DNA of 64,000 nucleotides from assembly GCA_964016885.1 (NCBI GenBank), contig OZ024740.1, positions 110,546,001 to 110,610,000 of the forward strand, given 5' to 3'. This stretch comes from Eledone cirrhosa (taxonomy: Eukaryota). A program made the translations under genes and the position numbers. Below the pieces are notes generated by a model, which had not been told where the DNA came from, ran no database searches, and saw only the letters and a list, made by a program, of their open reading frames with translations. Below, piece by piece: positions 14,566-29,310 of the stretch (the first letter of the stretch is position 1; each line of letters starts with the position of its first letter).

Positions 14566-14692
14566 ACTATTATATTCCTTCCATATACTGTACCGATAGT
14601 GTTGTTATTTCTGTTTACCTTTTACATCCCGCCTCCATTTATATATATATATATATCATATATATAAAATCCACCAGCCTCGTGATTTTGCA

Positions 14693-14733
<41 letters not shown>

Positions 14734-14735
14734 CT

Positions 14736-14809
<74 letters not shown>

Positions 14810-15645
14810 GTGTGTGTGTGTGGTTGCGTTCCTTGTTCAATCGGGGGTAACCACAGTTAGTAAGGTACTCAATATAGTAGAGAGTAAACATCAAGTTTAA
14901 TATAGAAATGGCTTCTGCAGCGAAGACGGGTGTCGTTGTAAAGCAGTTGTATATATATATATATGTTTTCTGGTGGTTCGGGGCGGTGGTATTTTGGGGG
15001 ATGGTTTTAGGTCAGTAGCAAAGGGATATATAGTCGAAAATGTAGTTTTCTTCGAGTGATCGGACAAGATTGTGAGCACATTGTATATCTAGCCTGATGC
15101 CTAAATACCCAGGCGCCGAGCCTGCGTGTGGTTACACATAGCCAAACCCTAGGTTAGGTCTTATCGAACAGATATATGATAAAGAGCATTTCAACTGTAA
15201 CCATGCCTTTTTGTAAATAGTAAGGACTTCAATGTAGAACTTGTCATATCTATTTTAAGATTTTATAAAAATCAAACCCATTACACCCATGGACATTTAG
15301 TCTAATATCTTATCCTTTATGGGCGTCTAGTTTGCAACTGCTGCAGTTGGAAAGACATGTGAATGTAACTGTCAGTTGTCATTAATAAACTAACCGAGTC
15401 AGACAAGTGAATATATAAATGTATTAGTTACGGATGTCATTCATTGATTGTACTGTCATGGCTACAGTTAGGCTTCTTGGTTTCTTCCTAGTTCTTCTTT
15501 ATATTGTATCATAGAGACACAGAAATTTGATTACAGCCAAAATCTTGTCAAGACGGATACTATGCATATAGGAGCAACAAAATACGTATATGTATATATA
15601 TATATGCATATATAGAGACACATACACACACACACAACACACAAA

Positions 15646-15714
<69 letters not shown>

Positions 15715-16097
15715 TTGTGTGTGTATAAAACAAATAGTAGAAAGAGAAAAGTTTTCTTCTGTAGAAAATGTTGAAGAGACACTTTTGGTGAAATTTCAAA
15801 ACATTAACTCACCTACAATACCGGTCTCAGCACCAAATGCATCCTCAATTGCGGACATGCACACCGTCTAGAAATCATTAGTTTTTTTTAATGATTGTGA
15901 TTTCAGTACCCCCCCCCCCCCCCACACACACTTTTAAAATAAAGATTCGATCACTGTCGGCTGATTTCTTAAATTAATAATGATGATAATTTTCATAATA
16001 TTGATTAAAAATATCCGGCTTGGAGATATGGTATCAATCAGTATGTGTATATATGTATGTATGTCTAAATGTTCACGGTGAACATTTAGACGTACAT

Positions 16098-16296
16098 ACC
16101 ACCACAACCACGACGACGACGTTGATCGCCACCACCACCACCACCACCACCGCCGCCACAGCCACCACCACCTCCACCACCACAACCTCCACCAACCCAC
16201 CTCAACCACAACGACCACCACGACGACCACCACCGCGACGGCCACCACCGCGACCACCACCACCACCACCACCACCAACCCAGCTCCTCCTCCACC

Positions 16297-16327
<31 letters not shown>

Positions 16328-16382
16328 GCACCACCTCAATCACCACCACCACCACCACCACCACCAAAATCACCGCCACCAC
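16098..16382. repeat. (CAC/CCA)n trinucleotide low-complexity tract
   Basis: Direct reading. Confidence 0.9.
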
Positions 16383-16711
16383 TCCCCAAGAAATAAAACA
16401 GAAATAATATATCGTTATCTGGTCATCCTTCGGACTTTTATTTCTATCAAATATAAATGCCGATAAACTTTTTACATGTCAGACATGTTATTGATATATT
16501 TTTAGTATGAAGTATCTTGACATAATGTTCATTTTAAATATTCATATATTCTTCAGCATCCAGTTGATATTTCACTTCTATAAGAGTTTCCTTCGAAATT
16601 CCGCTTTCATTCATTCAGTCATACATTCATGCGGTCATTCTCTTCCAATTTTCTTTTATTTATTTTAGCTGTGTAACTTCTATATAGATTTTATTTCTAT
16701 ACGTATATATA

Positions 16712-16787
<76 letters not shown>

Positions 16788-17066
16788 TATATACACACAT
16801 ATATATACATATATATCTATTCACATATATATATACATATATATATACATATATATATGTATATATATATACATATATGTGTATATATATATATACATAT
16901 ATGTGTATACATATATACATATATATGTATACATATATACATATATATGTATACATATATACATATATATGTATACATATATACATATATATGTATACAT
17001 ATATACATATATATGTATACATATATATACATATATATGTATACATATATACATATATATGTATAC

Positions 17067-17114
<48 letters not shown>

Positions 17115-17145
17115 ATACATATATACATATATATACATATATATG

Positions 17146-17179
<34 letters not shown>

Positions 17180-17214
17180 GTAATATTAATAAATGTAGAG
17201 GCTTTAATCTGTTA

Positions 17215-17367
<153 letters not shown>

Positions 17368-17739
17368 TTATTTATATATATACATATATATATGTATGGA
17401 TAGATGGATGGATGCATGTATGCATATATGTATATATATGTATGTATATATAAATCGATATGCCCCCACACCCACTGATGAAGTGTTGCAGCGCCCACTT
17501 GTTCAATGTCTGCAGATATTACATAACTAATGTGAATAATAGTTGCACTTATCTGTTATGTACAGAAAATATCGATAGTCCGGGTTTATATGATATATAA
17601 AAATCATGCCCGAGCGCTGCACTTTATTTACTAATTACGAAATTGTCTGCAATTTGAGCCATAGGCATGTATTTCTTGTGTACAAATCATGTCAGTGCTA
17701 TATATATATATGTGTGTGTGTCTGTACATAGATATAGTA

Positions 17740-17775
<36 letters not shown>

Positions 17776-17912
17776 TGTGTGTGTTTGTCTGTCTGTGTGT
17801 GTGTGTGTGTGTGTGTGATGTTTGTCTGTCTGTGTGCGTTAAAAATTATGCTATTATGCTCCTTTCAAAACCGATCAGTCAACGAAAATATACGAAACAA
17901 ATAAGCAAGCTC

Positions 17913-18525
17913 TCAGTTAACTCTCGTTCGACAATCTTCATCGTTTGTATCACTGTTAGTGGATGCATTGGAATTGTAATTACCATTCAACTCTGCTATT
18001 CTCTTTCTCTGTATTTCATTATAATGACGGGTGTAATCACAGTGTTGAGAGCTTTTTTTCTGTGGACGCTGCAGACGTTTTAGTGATTTTTTTCTCATTT
18101 GTTGAGATTTTCGTTTCATAATCATAGGTTTCACTTTTGTGTTTTTTCCTAATCCTCCTCCTTGACTACAATCCTTGCAAGGAAAACGATCAAATTCGAT
18201 GTATGTTCTACCTTGTGGTGAGTTTATGCTAAGCCCAGTAACGGAAGGGCTTAGATCAACTTCCATATAACTTTCCAGCTGGCAGTCTCCACTGTCATTA
18301 TTCTGTGCTTTGTGCTTCTGTTTAACAATTCTTCTTTTTTTAATAACCTTCAAATCTGTATCATTCCCAGATGTGTCGCTATCATTAACAGTGAACGTGC
18401 CAGTATTCTCGATGTAACGACGTGATTCCTTTCCCCCAGTGATCTTAGTAGCTTTGGAACTCTGCTGTTCGTGTTGACATGGCCCCGGGGATACATTCCG
18501 TGTTTTATAGCGGAATTTCATATTT
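17913..18525 (-). CDS. Candidate terminal coding exon of an unidentified host gene (~204 codons; hydrophilic, K/R/S/N-rich)
   Basis: Non-repetitive ORF preceded by the polypyrimidine tract and acceptor TTTGCTTCTTTTCATCTTATATCTCAACAG|A. The two other frames stop within a few codons. No recognisable domain. Confidence 0.5.
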
Positions 18526-18619
18526 CTGTTGAGATATAAGATGAAAAGAAGCAAAGTAAAACCATGTCAAGCAGGCGGGAGTAAATTATAACAAGAGATC
18601 AACATAGCGAATATTAAAT

Positions 18620-19270
18620 AATAATTTCTAATTTGGGCACAAAGCCAGCAAATTAGGAGTAAGTCGATAATATCGATGTTAATATATAATTAGTAATTTA
18701 TTTTATCCACCCTGAAATTATGAAAGGCAAAGTTGGCCTCGGCAGGATTTGAACTCAAAGCATAAAGAGCTGGAACAAATACTACAAAGCATTTGTACGA
18801 CGTTCTAATGATTCCACCAGTCCATCGCCTTAAGGGAACATTAATTTATGTCATCGATACAATGTAACGACAATAAAAATAATACTAAAAACAACAATAA
18901 CATTGCCGTTGCTGAGAATTTCAACTGTCATAAAATCTCAAAACTACCAGAACAGGGAGGACATCTGTAGTACTATCCATCCATACATGTATGTATTCTT
19001 TACTCCTGAGATTGTGGTTGATGTGTTTAAGCCTTTTCCAGGCCAGAACATAACCGATTTCTCCCAGGAAAATAATGAGCGAGGGGGAATTAAAAAAAGA
19101 TGTAGAGAGAAGTATCAATTCCAGTACTGATACTTTATTTATCGACCCATGTATTATGAAAGGCAAATTTGACATGGGTGGGATTTGAACTCAGAGAGTA
19201 AAAAGCCAAAATAAATATACCGCAAAGAATTTCATTGGTTGTTTTAACGACCCTATGAATTCGCCACTGT
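18620..19270 (-). mobile_element. Two diverged copies of the dominant tRNA-derived SINE family (~18620-18830, ~19120-19270)
   Basis: Reverse complement of the gagttcaaatcc..tttgcctttcat..gataaa consensus. Confidence 0.75.
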
Positions 19271-20263
19271 ACTCAATTTTACAGACTGAGTATTAAATAC
19301 ATTCATAACTAATTCGTTAATTTAAGTTAAATTTAAAATGGTTGGGTGTTATAAAATCATAAACCTTATGATAGACAGATCTCAGGGAGATAAATATTAA
19401 AATCATTTCTTTCAAAATACTATACTGTTATTGTTAACACTTTAGACATCAACCAGCTCTGGTTCTAAACTAACATGTTTGTTTTTAAATGTTTATATTT
19501 ATCTAAAATATACTTCCATAATTTGATGTTAATACCGCTGTAAAGTTATGTTACGAACACAAGCTTAATCCTAAAAAGTTAAATAACTAATTCCTTCAAA
19601 ATTCTAGATTATATTCAATATTTATTTGAAAATAAAAGGCAGCGTCTTTCATTAGAAATATGGCAAGGAAAGTCATCGCCGCTAAATATGTCAGTCAAGG
19701 CTATAATGGCTTTCATTTTACCGCTCAACAAACTAACACATAGTATCATACACGCCATCAGATATTCAGGTGGGATATAATCCTCCAAATATTGTGGAGG
19801 TTCAGCAGTTCGGCTGACCTAGGAGATAACTGGTATATAGTCATGAAAAAAGTTATTGTTATTATTGTTTCCTCTAGAATGTATAATATTTGACTTACGC
19901 TCTGATTCTGGTACTATTTATATAGGAATTAAAATATTGTAGCCAATTATTACACCTGATAATTCTTCTTGTGCTAGCCGAAAACTGTTACAACTGCATC
20001 AAACATCCTCCAACATTCTATATAATAGGAAAATAATGTTGAGAATATTTAACTTTATATACATATAGACTACAGAGCAAATGAATAATAACAGTAATGA
20101 TCTATAAGATCTTTTACTAGTTTGTTATTGTAGTGTCTGCAGTCATACGGGAGCAATATATTTTAATATGTTATGTATTATATCGATCTCTATTTGCTGA
20201 ACTGTTCGAAAAGATTGAGAAAGAAGAGAGAGAGGGAGAGAAAGATAGAAAAGGATGAGAGAT

Positions 20264-20340
<77 letters not shown>

Positions 20341-20355
20341 TAGATATAGATAGAT

Positions 20356-20395
<40 letters not shown>

Positions 20396-21764
20396 CGAGC
20401 GAGAGAGTGAGAGAGAGAGAGAAATTGTGTGAGTGAGGATGTGAAAGAGAGGTGAGAGAAAGAGAGAATGAGGGTGTGTAATAGACAGAGGAAGAGACTG
20501 GATAGTTGACCCAATGGTAGCGCTGGTTCAGTTCATTACGAATTAGACAGTTGTGGTTGTGCACTCGTTTACACATGATTACATGGGTTGGACCAAATCC
20601 AGAACTTGTTCCGTTTTCAAAAACATCACAGGGTTAGTCATATTCAAAACGTTGCCCCAGTGTGATGGTGCCATTTTAGGCGCGTCTCGGGCGCATCAAC
20701 TGTCGCTCATTGCATATATAAAGGCAGTGAATTGTGCCTAATGTTTGAAGATGTTTCACTCTAAACATGTGATATAATAATACCCCATTCTTACACAGAT
20801 CATATATTATGATGTAAGAAAACGATTCCTATCTTAACTATCCAATCTCTTACGGTTATACTCTGTTCATATTCAAATCATTTTATAAAGTAATTTAGTT
20901 AAACACAAAAAAGGAGCAGATTGTGAAATCGGGCCAAGAAAATTATGTTTTCATTGGTTCTTCTGGTTGAAATGAAGGGGGATTTCAACTTAGAGCCGGA
21001 AGAGATACCACAAAGCATCCTGTCGGGAAAAAAGCGTAATGAATCATTTAAAGTTATCAACCAAGTAAATTTGAAGTGTGTGTATATATATATTATATAT
21101 ATATATATATAAATAATATATATATATATATATATAAATAATATATGATAAATGATATGTATCTTTACACACATTTGTCGCATCTCCGATCAAATCCTGC
21201 ACTGTTTATGCATAGATATATATTTAAGATATGAATTTTCACTTGGGACTACTTTCTAACTATTTTTTGAAATTTTAAAAGAAATTCATAATCGTTAGAA
21301 TGTCGATAAAATACTCCGGTATTTCTTACGGCGCTCTTCATTCTGTGTTGATATGGTGCCAAGATAAACACTATGTTTATCCTTTCAGTGTCGATAAATA
21401 TATTATCAGTTGAGGGGGCAGTGGATTGACGGAACTGTTAAAGAGTCGAACTACTACTTTGTAATAACTGTTCCATCTCTCTGTCTTCTCACATCGTAAA
21501 ATTGGTTATTCTTCTGTCAGGAGTTGCGACAGGCAGATAGGACCAATGGAATCATAACTAACTTGGTTTGATCAGCTTATCGGTTATAAAATTTTTCGTT
21601 TACTTACCTCAATTTAGAAGTTGAAAAATATGAAGCATCGAAACGAAAAAACTGAAAGTGAACATTTGATGACGAAAAAGCTATTTATGACGTCAGATAA
21701 ACAAAACAGACTTTTTTCTAGATATTTTATTGACGTTTTTGTGGGGATGTAGGGGTGAGATGTC

Positions 21765-22265
21765 GTTGGCGGTGGATTTGCAGTATAAATATAGCGTCGG
21801 TCAATATACTTTACGGCATATACTTACGACACTTCACGTCTAGAGTTCAAATCCCGCCGAGGTTAGCTTTGCCTTTCATCCTTACGGGGACGATAAAATA
21901 TAGTACCAGTAATACACTGGAATCAATTTAATCGACTTTCACATTCCCTTTAAATTGCTGGTCTTGTGCCAAAAGTAGAAAGAATTATTGTTATTGTTGT
22001 CATCATTACTATTTGTGTTGTCAATCTGCAAAGGACTGAGTAGGAAAATAAACGAATTAAAATATATTTGAATATCACAAGAAAAATGTATCATTGTGTC
22101 CCCTCTATTTATGATGGTAAATTGGCAGAATCGTTAGAATGCGAAATTGAAAATGTTTTGTGGTTCCGGCTCTCATCACTCTGATTTATATCCCACTGCA
22201 GTCAACTATATATTTCATCCTTTCAAGGCCGATAAACAAAGTACCAGTCCAGTTCTGGTGTCGAT
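21765..22265 (+). mobile_element. SINE copies (~21765-21990 full; ~22110-22265 diverged)
   Basis: ggcggtggatttgcag..gagttcaaatcccgccgaggttagctttgcctttcatccttacgggg..gataaaata..gtaccag..ttgctggtcttgtgccaaaagtagaaa. Confidence 0.85.
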
Positions 22266-22289
22266 TCTTTCTCTATATCTCTTTTTCAC

Positions 22290-22353
<64 letters not shown>

Positions 22354-22555
22354 TCTCTCCTTCTGTCTCTCCTCCTCCTCCTCCTCATCATCATCTGGAA
22401 GACATCGACTATTCTCAGATCTAGAGGTGGATGAGCTCCTCCATATTCAAATATCGAAGATACGCCGTATGTCACGGGAACGCTTCAACGATTTCATCAG
22501 GCGTTATAGGTTCATACATATATACAAGAGGATTCTTAAGAATCGAGAATCCCCT

Positions 22556-22618
<63 letters not shown>

Positions 22619-22932
22619 GTTGGTTCCGTCGGTTTAAAGGATAAGCATTTAACTCAACATCTAAACGATGAATTGATGTGTAACTGATTCAGTATTCTAT
22701 AAACACGACTACTCTTAGTTCCCCAATATGTAATAAGACTGTATCTGTATCTTGCAATTATAGGTACACTGTATCTGACGCCGTCCACACTGTTTTCGAT
22801 TAAACAATTTCATTAAGAAATCTGTAGCCAGAGTTGATGGGAAAGATCGAACTCGAGACCTCATGATTGCGAAGAGAACTTCTTAACTTAACCATATCTG
22901 CGTCAAGACACACAGACATACACGCACGCACG

Positions 22933-22974
<42 letters not shown>

Positions 22975-23087
22975 CCACCCCTCACCACATGTACATATAT
23001 ATATATATATATAAACACAGACACATACACATATATATAAGTATATATATATATAAACACACATACACACACATATATATTATATAG

Positions 23088-23129
<42 letters not shown>

Positions 23130-23265
23130 TGAAACAGTAAACAAAAAACAACGGGGAAACGAAGAGGCAGTACAAAATGTATATATGTATATATGTATAT
23201 ATATATACATATATATATATACAAAATATATATATATACAAAACATATATATACAAAATATACAC

Positions 23266-23374
<109 letters not shown>

Positions 23375-24362
23375 CATGTATGTATGTATGTATGCATGTG
23401 CCTATCTGTCTTTGCTCCAATATATCTTTTATCCTAATCAAATCTGTTCATTAGTTGATATCTGTACAATTTATGTACAGTAAAAATGTCTTAATTGTTT
23501 TATGCCAATAGAAACGGTTTAAAGCTGCTGCGGTTATTTCTTTTCGCTTGACGTACGGAAGATATTTAATGGAGCATAGCGCCACTATTATAAACGACAC
23601 CATATAGAATCAGGACAATTGTAATGGCTGCTTATTTGATCGCCATTGTGTCCAGTTATTTCGGACACCAATCATCTATTTCTTCACGGTCACCCAGCCC
23701 AAGATTTTATACAATTTTGGTCAATTTCTTTCTCTGTTTTATTAGTTAATTCTAACCTCTCCGAAAGAATAATTACCAACAACGAATTGATCAGTGAGTC
23801 ATGCCAAAGAAAGAAAAAAATAATATGCAGATAAAAAGACAAAACAAAACAAAATAAAAATGGTAAAGTCCAGAAATAATATAAGAAAGTTCTCGGCATG
23901 TGAAATGTCCATGGTTTTTCATTTCGGAAATGACCGTTGGAAATTGTCACTTGGAAAACGTCCTTTCTCACACCAAAAACTACTTGGCCATTTATCCTAC
24001 CCTCTCCTCTTCCCAGCCAGCACCACACTCAAACTTCCCAAATAAAAATAGAAAACCATATAATGTAAACAACTAATAAACATGGTGGAAAATGAGATTG
24101 GTGAAAGGTCGACGTTATAAGTGCAATTCACTGTAAGTGAATATTTCGCAATTCAGTTTGTGGCACGCAATCCGGGTCTAAGCATCCCCCAACCCCATCC
24201 CCATTCCTCTTTAGTCTTTGTTCGGATTCTTTGTGATATTCTGCATTTAGCGAGAATATATATAAGTGTGTTGTGTGTCTCTGTGTGTATATATGTGTGT
24301 GTTTGTGTGTGTGGGTGTGTATGTATATGTTTATGCATGTGAGTATGTATGTATATATGTTA

Positions 24363-24393
<31 letters not shown>

Positions 24394-24417
24394 TGTGTGT
24401 GTGTGTATATATGTATG

Positions 24418-24451
<34 letters not shown>

Positions 24452-24511
24452 TGTGCGTGTGTGTATGTCGTACGTATAAGTGTCAATAAGTGATTTTTTT
24501 TTTTTTTTTTT

Positions 24512-27500
24512 GCGCGGGGACATAGAAATAATCGGGCTGGATGCCCGATCGCGCAGTTAAACCACTGGGAGTGAAGAACGCCTAGCCCTTGTCAGGGCAT
24601 TCTTCTAGGAGAAGGCATCTCAAGAAACTGGGTTAACTCCCACATAAAACCTGCGGCTCAGTAGTTACCGATGATGTTGATCTTTTCTTCTTTTCGGGTT
24701 ATAGCTACTGTCGCTCAGAGAGTGGGATTGGCTCAGTGCACAGTCTTTCCTCACTTTAAAAAATATTCGTCACGCACAGGCATTGCACGAGTGCATTAAT
24801 AATTATTAATAGTGTACCATTAAATGAAATCATTATTATTATTATTATTACTATTATTATTACTTTTTTTTATTTTCCAATTCAATGATGTTCCAGAACA
24901 ATATAAAAGAGATAATTGGCAATTTAGGTTCTGGAACAAAAAAGATCATTGGCAATAAGGGCAGGGGCCCCAGGTTATCACAGCCTGGGCCCGCTCGTCT
25001 TCATGCCATTATAATAGAGCCAAACAAGGCATTTAGTCTTGGCTGCTGGAACGTACGGACGCTGCTTGACAGGGATTCCTTGGGACGTCCTCAACGAAGG
25101 ACCACTCTTGTTGCAAAGGAGCTTCGACGTTACGATCTTGACATCGTGGCTTTATCTGAGACGAGGTTAGCTGGAGATGGTCATCTTACGGAATTTTGTG
25201 GAGAATATACATTCTTTTGGAAAGGAAGAGATGAAGGAACCAGAAGAGAGGCTGGGGTAGGATTTGCTGTTAAGACTGTGCTTGTGAACACATTAGAGGA
25301 ATTCCCAGTAGGGATTAGTGAGCGTCTTATGTCCATGAGAGTTCCGCTGAACAAGGGAAGATATGCTACCCTGGTGAGTGTGTATGCTCCAACTATGAGT
25401 TCTGTCGATGAGGAAAAGGTGTCCTTTTACCATGCCTTGAAAGGTGTTTTAAGAAATATCCCTCAGGCAGACAAAGTCATCGTGCTTGGTGACTTTAATG
25501 CTAGAGTGGGTAGGGATTTTAACACATGGAATGTAATCGGAAGGCATGGGTGGGAAAGTGTAACAGCAATGGTATGCTCCTGCTGCAGATGTGTGAGGAG
25601 CTGGATCTGTGTGTTACCAACACCATGTTCCAACAAAAGATCAAATTCAAGACCACATGGATGCATCCTGCATCTAAGGAATGGCATCTTTTGGACTACG
25701 TCCTAGTCAGGATGCGTGACAGACAGGATGTGCAGTGTGTTCGTGTTCTTCGTGGAGCTGAGTGCTGGACGGACCACCGCCTGGTACGCGCAAAAGTGAA
25801 ACTAATCACTAAATGTAAAATTCGGCCTCCTGGTGTTGTCCTGCCCAAAAGATTGAATGCTGCTCGTCTTAAGGATAAAAATGTGAAGAGGACATTGGAA
25901 GAAGAGATGCAGGCTGCAGATCTTGGTGAGGATTGGCCGACCCTTAAAAAGTCGGTTTATGATGTAGGCAGGCGTGTTCTGGGATTGGCGCAGAGGAAAC
26001 ATCAGGACTGGTTTGATGAGAATGATGTACATATAGAAGACTTGTTGGCTGATAAGAAGCGTGCTCTGTCACGCTACTTGACGGCAAAACCACAGGAGAG
26101 GATTACGTTGCATGAGGAACTCAGGGATGTAAAATCACGTGTTAGGCGGAGTCTTTCTCAGATGAAGGATCAGTGGTGGAGTGAGAAGGCTGGTGAGATA
26201 CAAACTGCGTCTGATTCCAATAACACAAAGCTGTTGTACAGTCTCTTGCGTGAGGTTTATGGACCGTCTTCTTCTCTGGTGACACCGCTTCGCAGCAAGG
26301 ATGGCAAAGAACTTCTTCGTGACTCACAAGGAATTCTACGAAGGTGGCGAGAGCACTTTGATGATCTTTTGAATCAGCCGTCTATCGTCAGTGAAGATTT
26401 CCTCAATCTCATTCCAGAAAGTCCTGTGAAAGTAACTCTCGCAAAACCTCCGACGCTTGTGGAGGTTGCAGTGGCTATTTCGAAGCTGAACAGTGGAAGA
26501 TCTCCAGGTATGGATGGCATACATGCTGAGCTCCTACAATATAGTGGTGAGAGACTCCTGCAACATCTTCACTCTTTGTTTGGCAGGATATGGGCTAACG
26601 AATCCGTACCTGAGGACTTGAGAGATGCAGTAATGGTGGTCTTGTACAAGGGAAAGGGTAACAGGAACGATTGTGGGAACTACAGAGGTATATCATTGCT
26701 TTCTGTCGTAGGGAAAGTTTTATGTAGGGTGCTTCTGGACCGTCTGCTGACACACATTGCAGATTGTGTTCTTCCTGAAAGTCAATCTGGTTTTCGTGCT
26801 GGACGCGGCACTACTGATATGATCTTCTCAGCTAGACAGCTCCAGGAGAAGTGCATGGAACAAGGCTTGGATCTGTATCAGGTTTTTGTCGATCTGACAA
26901 AAGCTTTCGATACTGTTAACAGAGATGCAATATGGAAGGTTCACCAGAAACTTGGTTGCCCTGATAAGTTCCTTGCTTTAGTTAGGTTTTTCCATGACGA
27001 CATGAAGGCTTGGGTTAATGTCGGGGGTAACATGTCGGAGCCTATCTCAGTAAAAAATGGAGTGAAACAGGGGGATATTCCAGCACCGACCCTGTTTGCC
27101 ATATACTTTGTAATGGTTTTCTGTATTGCATTCAGGAAATGCAAGCAAGGTGTTTACATCCGATATCGAACCTCAGGCAGCATATTTAACATCAGGCGCT
27201 TTGCTGCGAAGACAAGAGTATTTACATCAATCATAAGAGACCTCTTGTATGCAGATGATTGCGATCTTGTAGCGCACACAGAGAGAGATATGCAGCACAT
27301 TTTGAATACATTTTCTGATGCTTGCACTGCCCTAGGTCTGACTGTCAGTCTCAAGAAAACCGTCGTCATGTACCAACCTGCCCCTGGTAAGCAGTACACT
27401 GAACCAAACATCTATGCGTATGGCAAACGACTTGGAGTGGTTGATCAGTTTGTCTACCTGGGAAGCACTGTCAATCGATACAGCAACCTTGACAGTGAAA

Positions 27501-28436
27501 TCTCACTTAGGATTAGGAAAGCAAGTGATGTTTTCGGAAAGCTAGAAAGGTGACTCTGGGGTCGGCGAGATATATGCAGGAGGACAAAGGTAAAGGTGTA
27601 CAGGGCATGTGTGCTCCCTTGTCTTCTTTATGCCTGCGAGACCTGGGTCACATATCGACACCACCTTAAGCAATTGGAGCGTTTCCATCAGATGTGTCTC
27701 AGACGGATCCATGGCGTTCACTGGAGGGACCACATCAGTGATGTCGAGATTTTGGAAGGCTCTATGTGTGACAGTATAGAAGCTCTTGTGCTTAAGCAAC
27801 GACTCCGTTGGAGTGGTCACCTTGCCAGGATGAAGGATTCTAGAATACCAAAACAACTCTTTTATGGAGAGTTGGTTAAAGGAAAACGACCGCCGCATAA
27901 ACCAAAAAAGAAGTATAAGTGTTCCTTGAAAGCCTCTCTGAAAGACGCTAACATCTCTGCTGATACATGGGAGAATATTGCTCCTGATCGTAATAAATGG
28001 AGAAAGACTGTATATGAGGGAAAAGTTGCCTTTGAGGCATCTCGAATCGCATACGAGAAAGTAAAGCGGGATGTGAGGAAGGGCATTGCTGTTGCACTTC
28101 CAGACGGCGAGGGTCCTCCTATGGTGCTGACATGCAGCGTGTGTGCGAGACTCTGCCTAAGCAAAGCTGGACTCGAAAGTCATCTTCGCAGTCATAAAGT
28201 AAGACCAGTGGTTGACTACCAGGCTGCTGTTGGAGATGCTACTCATCATGCTTGCTAAACATGTGGTAGAGAATGTAAATCAGCAGGAGGGCTCAAGCGA
28301 CATGCAAAAGTACACGAACTCCAACCACAGCCGACTATTCCCTGTGAATGTTTTGGTTGCCGACTCTGTGCAAGACATTTTAGATCACTGGCTGGGCTAA
28401 AAAGCCACATTCGATCGTAAGCGCTGTTAGTTGCTA

Positions 28437-28506
<70 letters not shown>

Positions 28507-28713
28507 GCTTATGTGTGTGCGTGTGTGTGTATATATATATGTATATGTATATTATTATTGTTGTTGTCGTTATTATTATTGTTGTTATGATTATTATTAT
28601 TATTATTGTTATTAATGTATGCGTGTGTGTATGTGTGTGTGTATGTGTATGTATCTATATATATATATATATATATATTTATTTTTAATTTTATTTTTTT
28701 TTAATTTTATTTA

Positions 28714-28753
<40 letters not shown>

Positions 28754-28830
28754 TGTTTTTTTTCTTTCTCCTCGTGCAATGGCCATACTCGATAACGAGG
28801 GGGCAGCCATCATGTATGTATCTATCTATC
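24512..28830 (+). mobile_element. Near full-length RTE-clade LINE retrotransposon (5' boundary approximate)
   Basis: APE endonuclease plus RT; microsatellite-expanded 3' UTR ending atggccatactcgataacgagggggcagccatca followed by a (tgta/tcta) tail. Confidence 0.9.
24885..28420 (+). pseudogene. RTE ORF: APE endonuclease, reverse transcriptase and three C2H2 zinc fingers; disrupted
   Basis: Motifs WNVRTL, ALSETR, LGDFNARVG, WTDHRLV, NYRGISLLS, FVDLTKAFDTV, GVKQG, LYADD. One frameshift near 25548 and in-frame stops at 27551 and 28256. Confidence 0.93.
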
Positions 28831-28832
28831 TT

Positions 28833-29310
28833 CATTCTAAACATACTTTTGTATGGCGAGCTTTGTAAAGCTAAGACACCAACTTACAAGCCAAGGCTCC
28901 GATTCAAGGCTTGTATAAAGGACTCATTGAAAAAAACTGGTTTGAACGTGGCTGACTACGAGATAGAAGCTCTTGAAAGAGAAACTTGAATGGATTGGTG
29001 AATGATGGGGTCCATAATTTTGAAGACAGACGCATAGAGCAAGAGAAGATCAAAGGGGATGTGCGTAAGCAATGCCCTGGTGTATCTCTCGAAACGATCG
29101 GTGTCTCCATTGAATTGGTATGCCCTAAGTGTGGAAAGATTTGCTTGAGTAAATCTGGTCTCAGGAGTCACCATCGCAACCACGGTCAAAGCGAACCAGT
29201 GAATTATTATCTCCACGGTATTGAAGGTTCACAGGCAACCTGATGCATGACCTGAGGCCAGTGAGATCCATATTTGTCGCCAATCTGCGAAGGAGTGAAA
29301 GTCTCTAGCA
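28833..29310 (+). mobile_element. 3' fragment of a second, diverged RTE LINE
   Basis: LLYGELCKAKTPTYKPRLRFKACIKDSLK and CPKCGKICLSKSGLRSHHRNH align with the C-terminus of the upstream RTE. Confidence 0.85.

Noticed and set aside
17470-17510. CTGATGA followed by an AGTG..CACT stem
   Set aside because: No GAAA or stem III follows.
22420-22510. Minus-strand CTGATGA with a long stem and GAATA
   Set aside because: Second core and stem I do not fit; at most a decayed motif.
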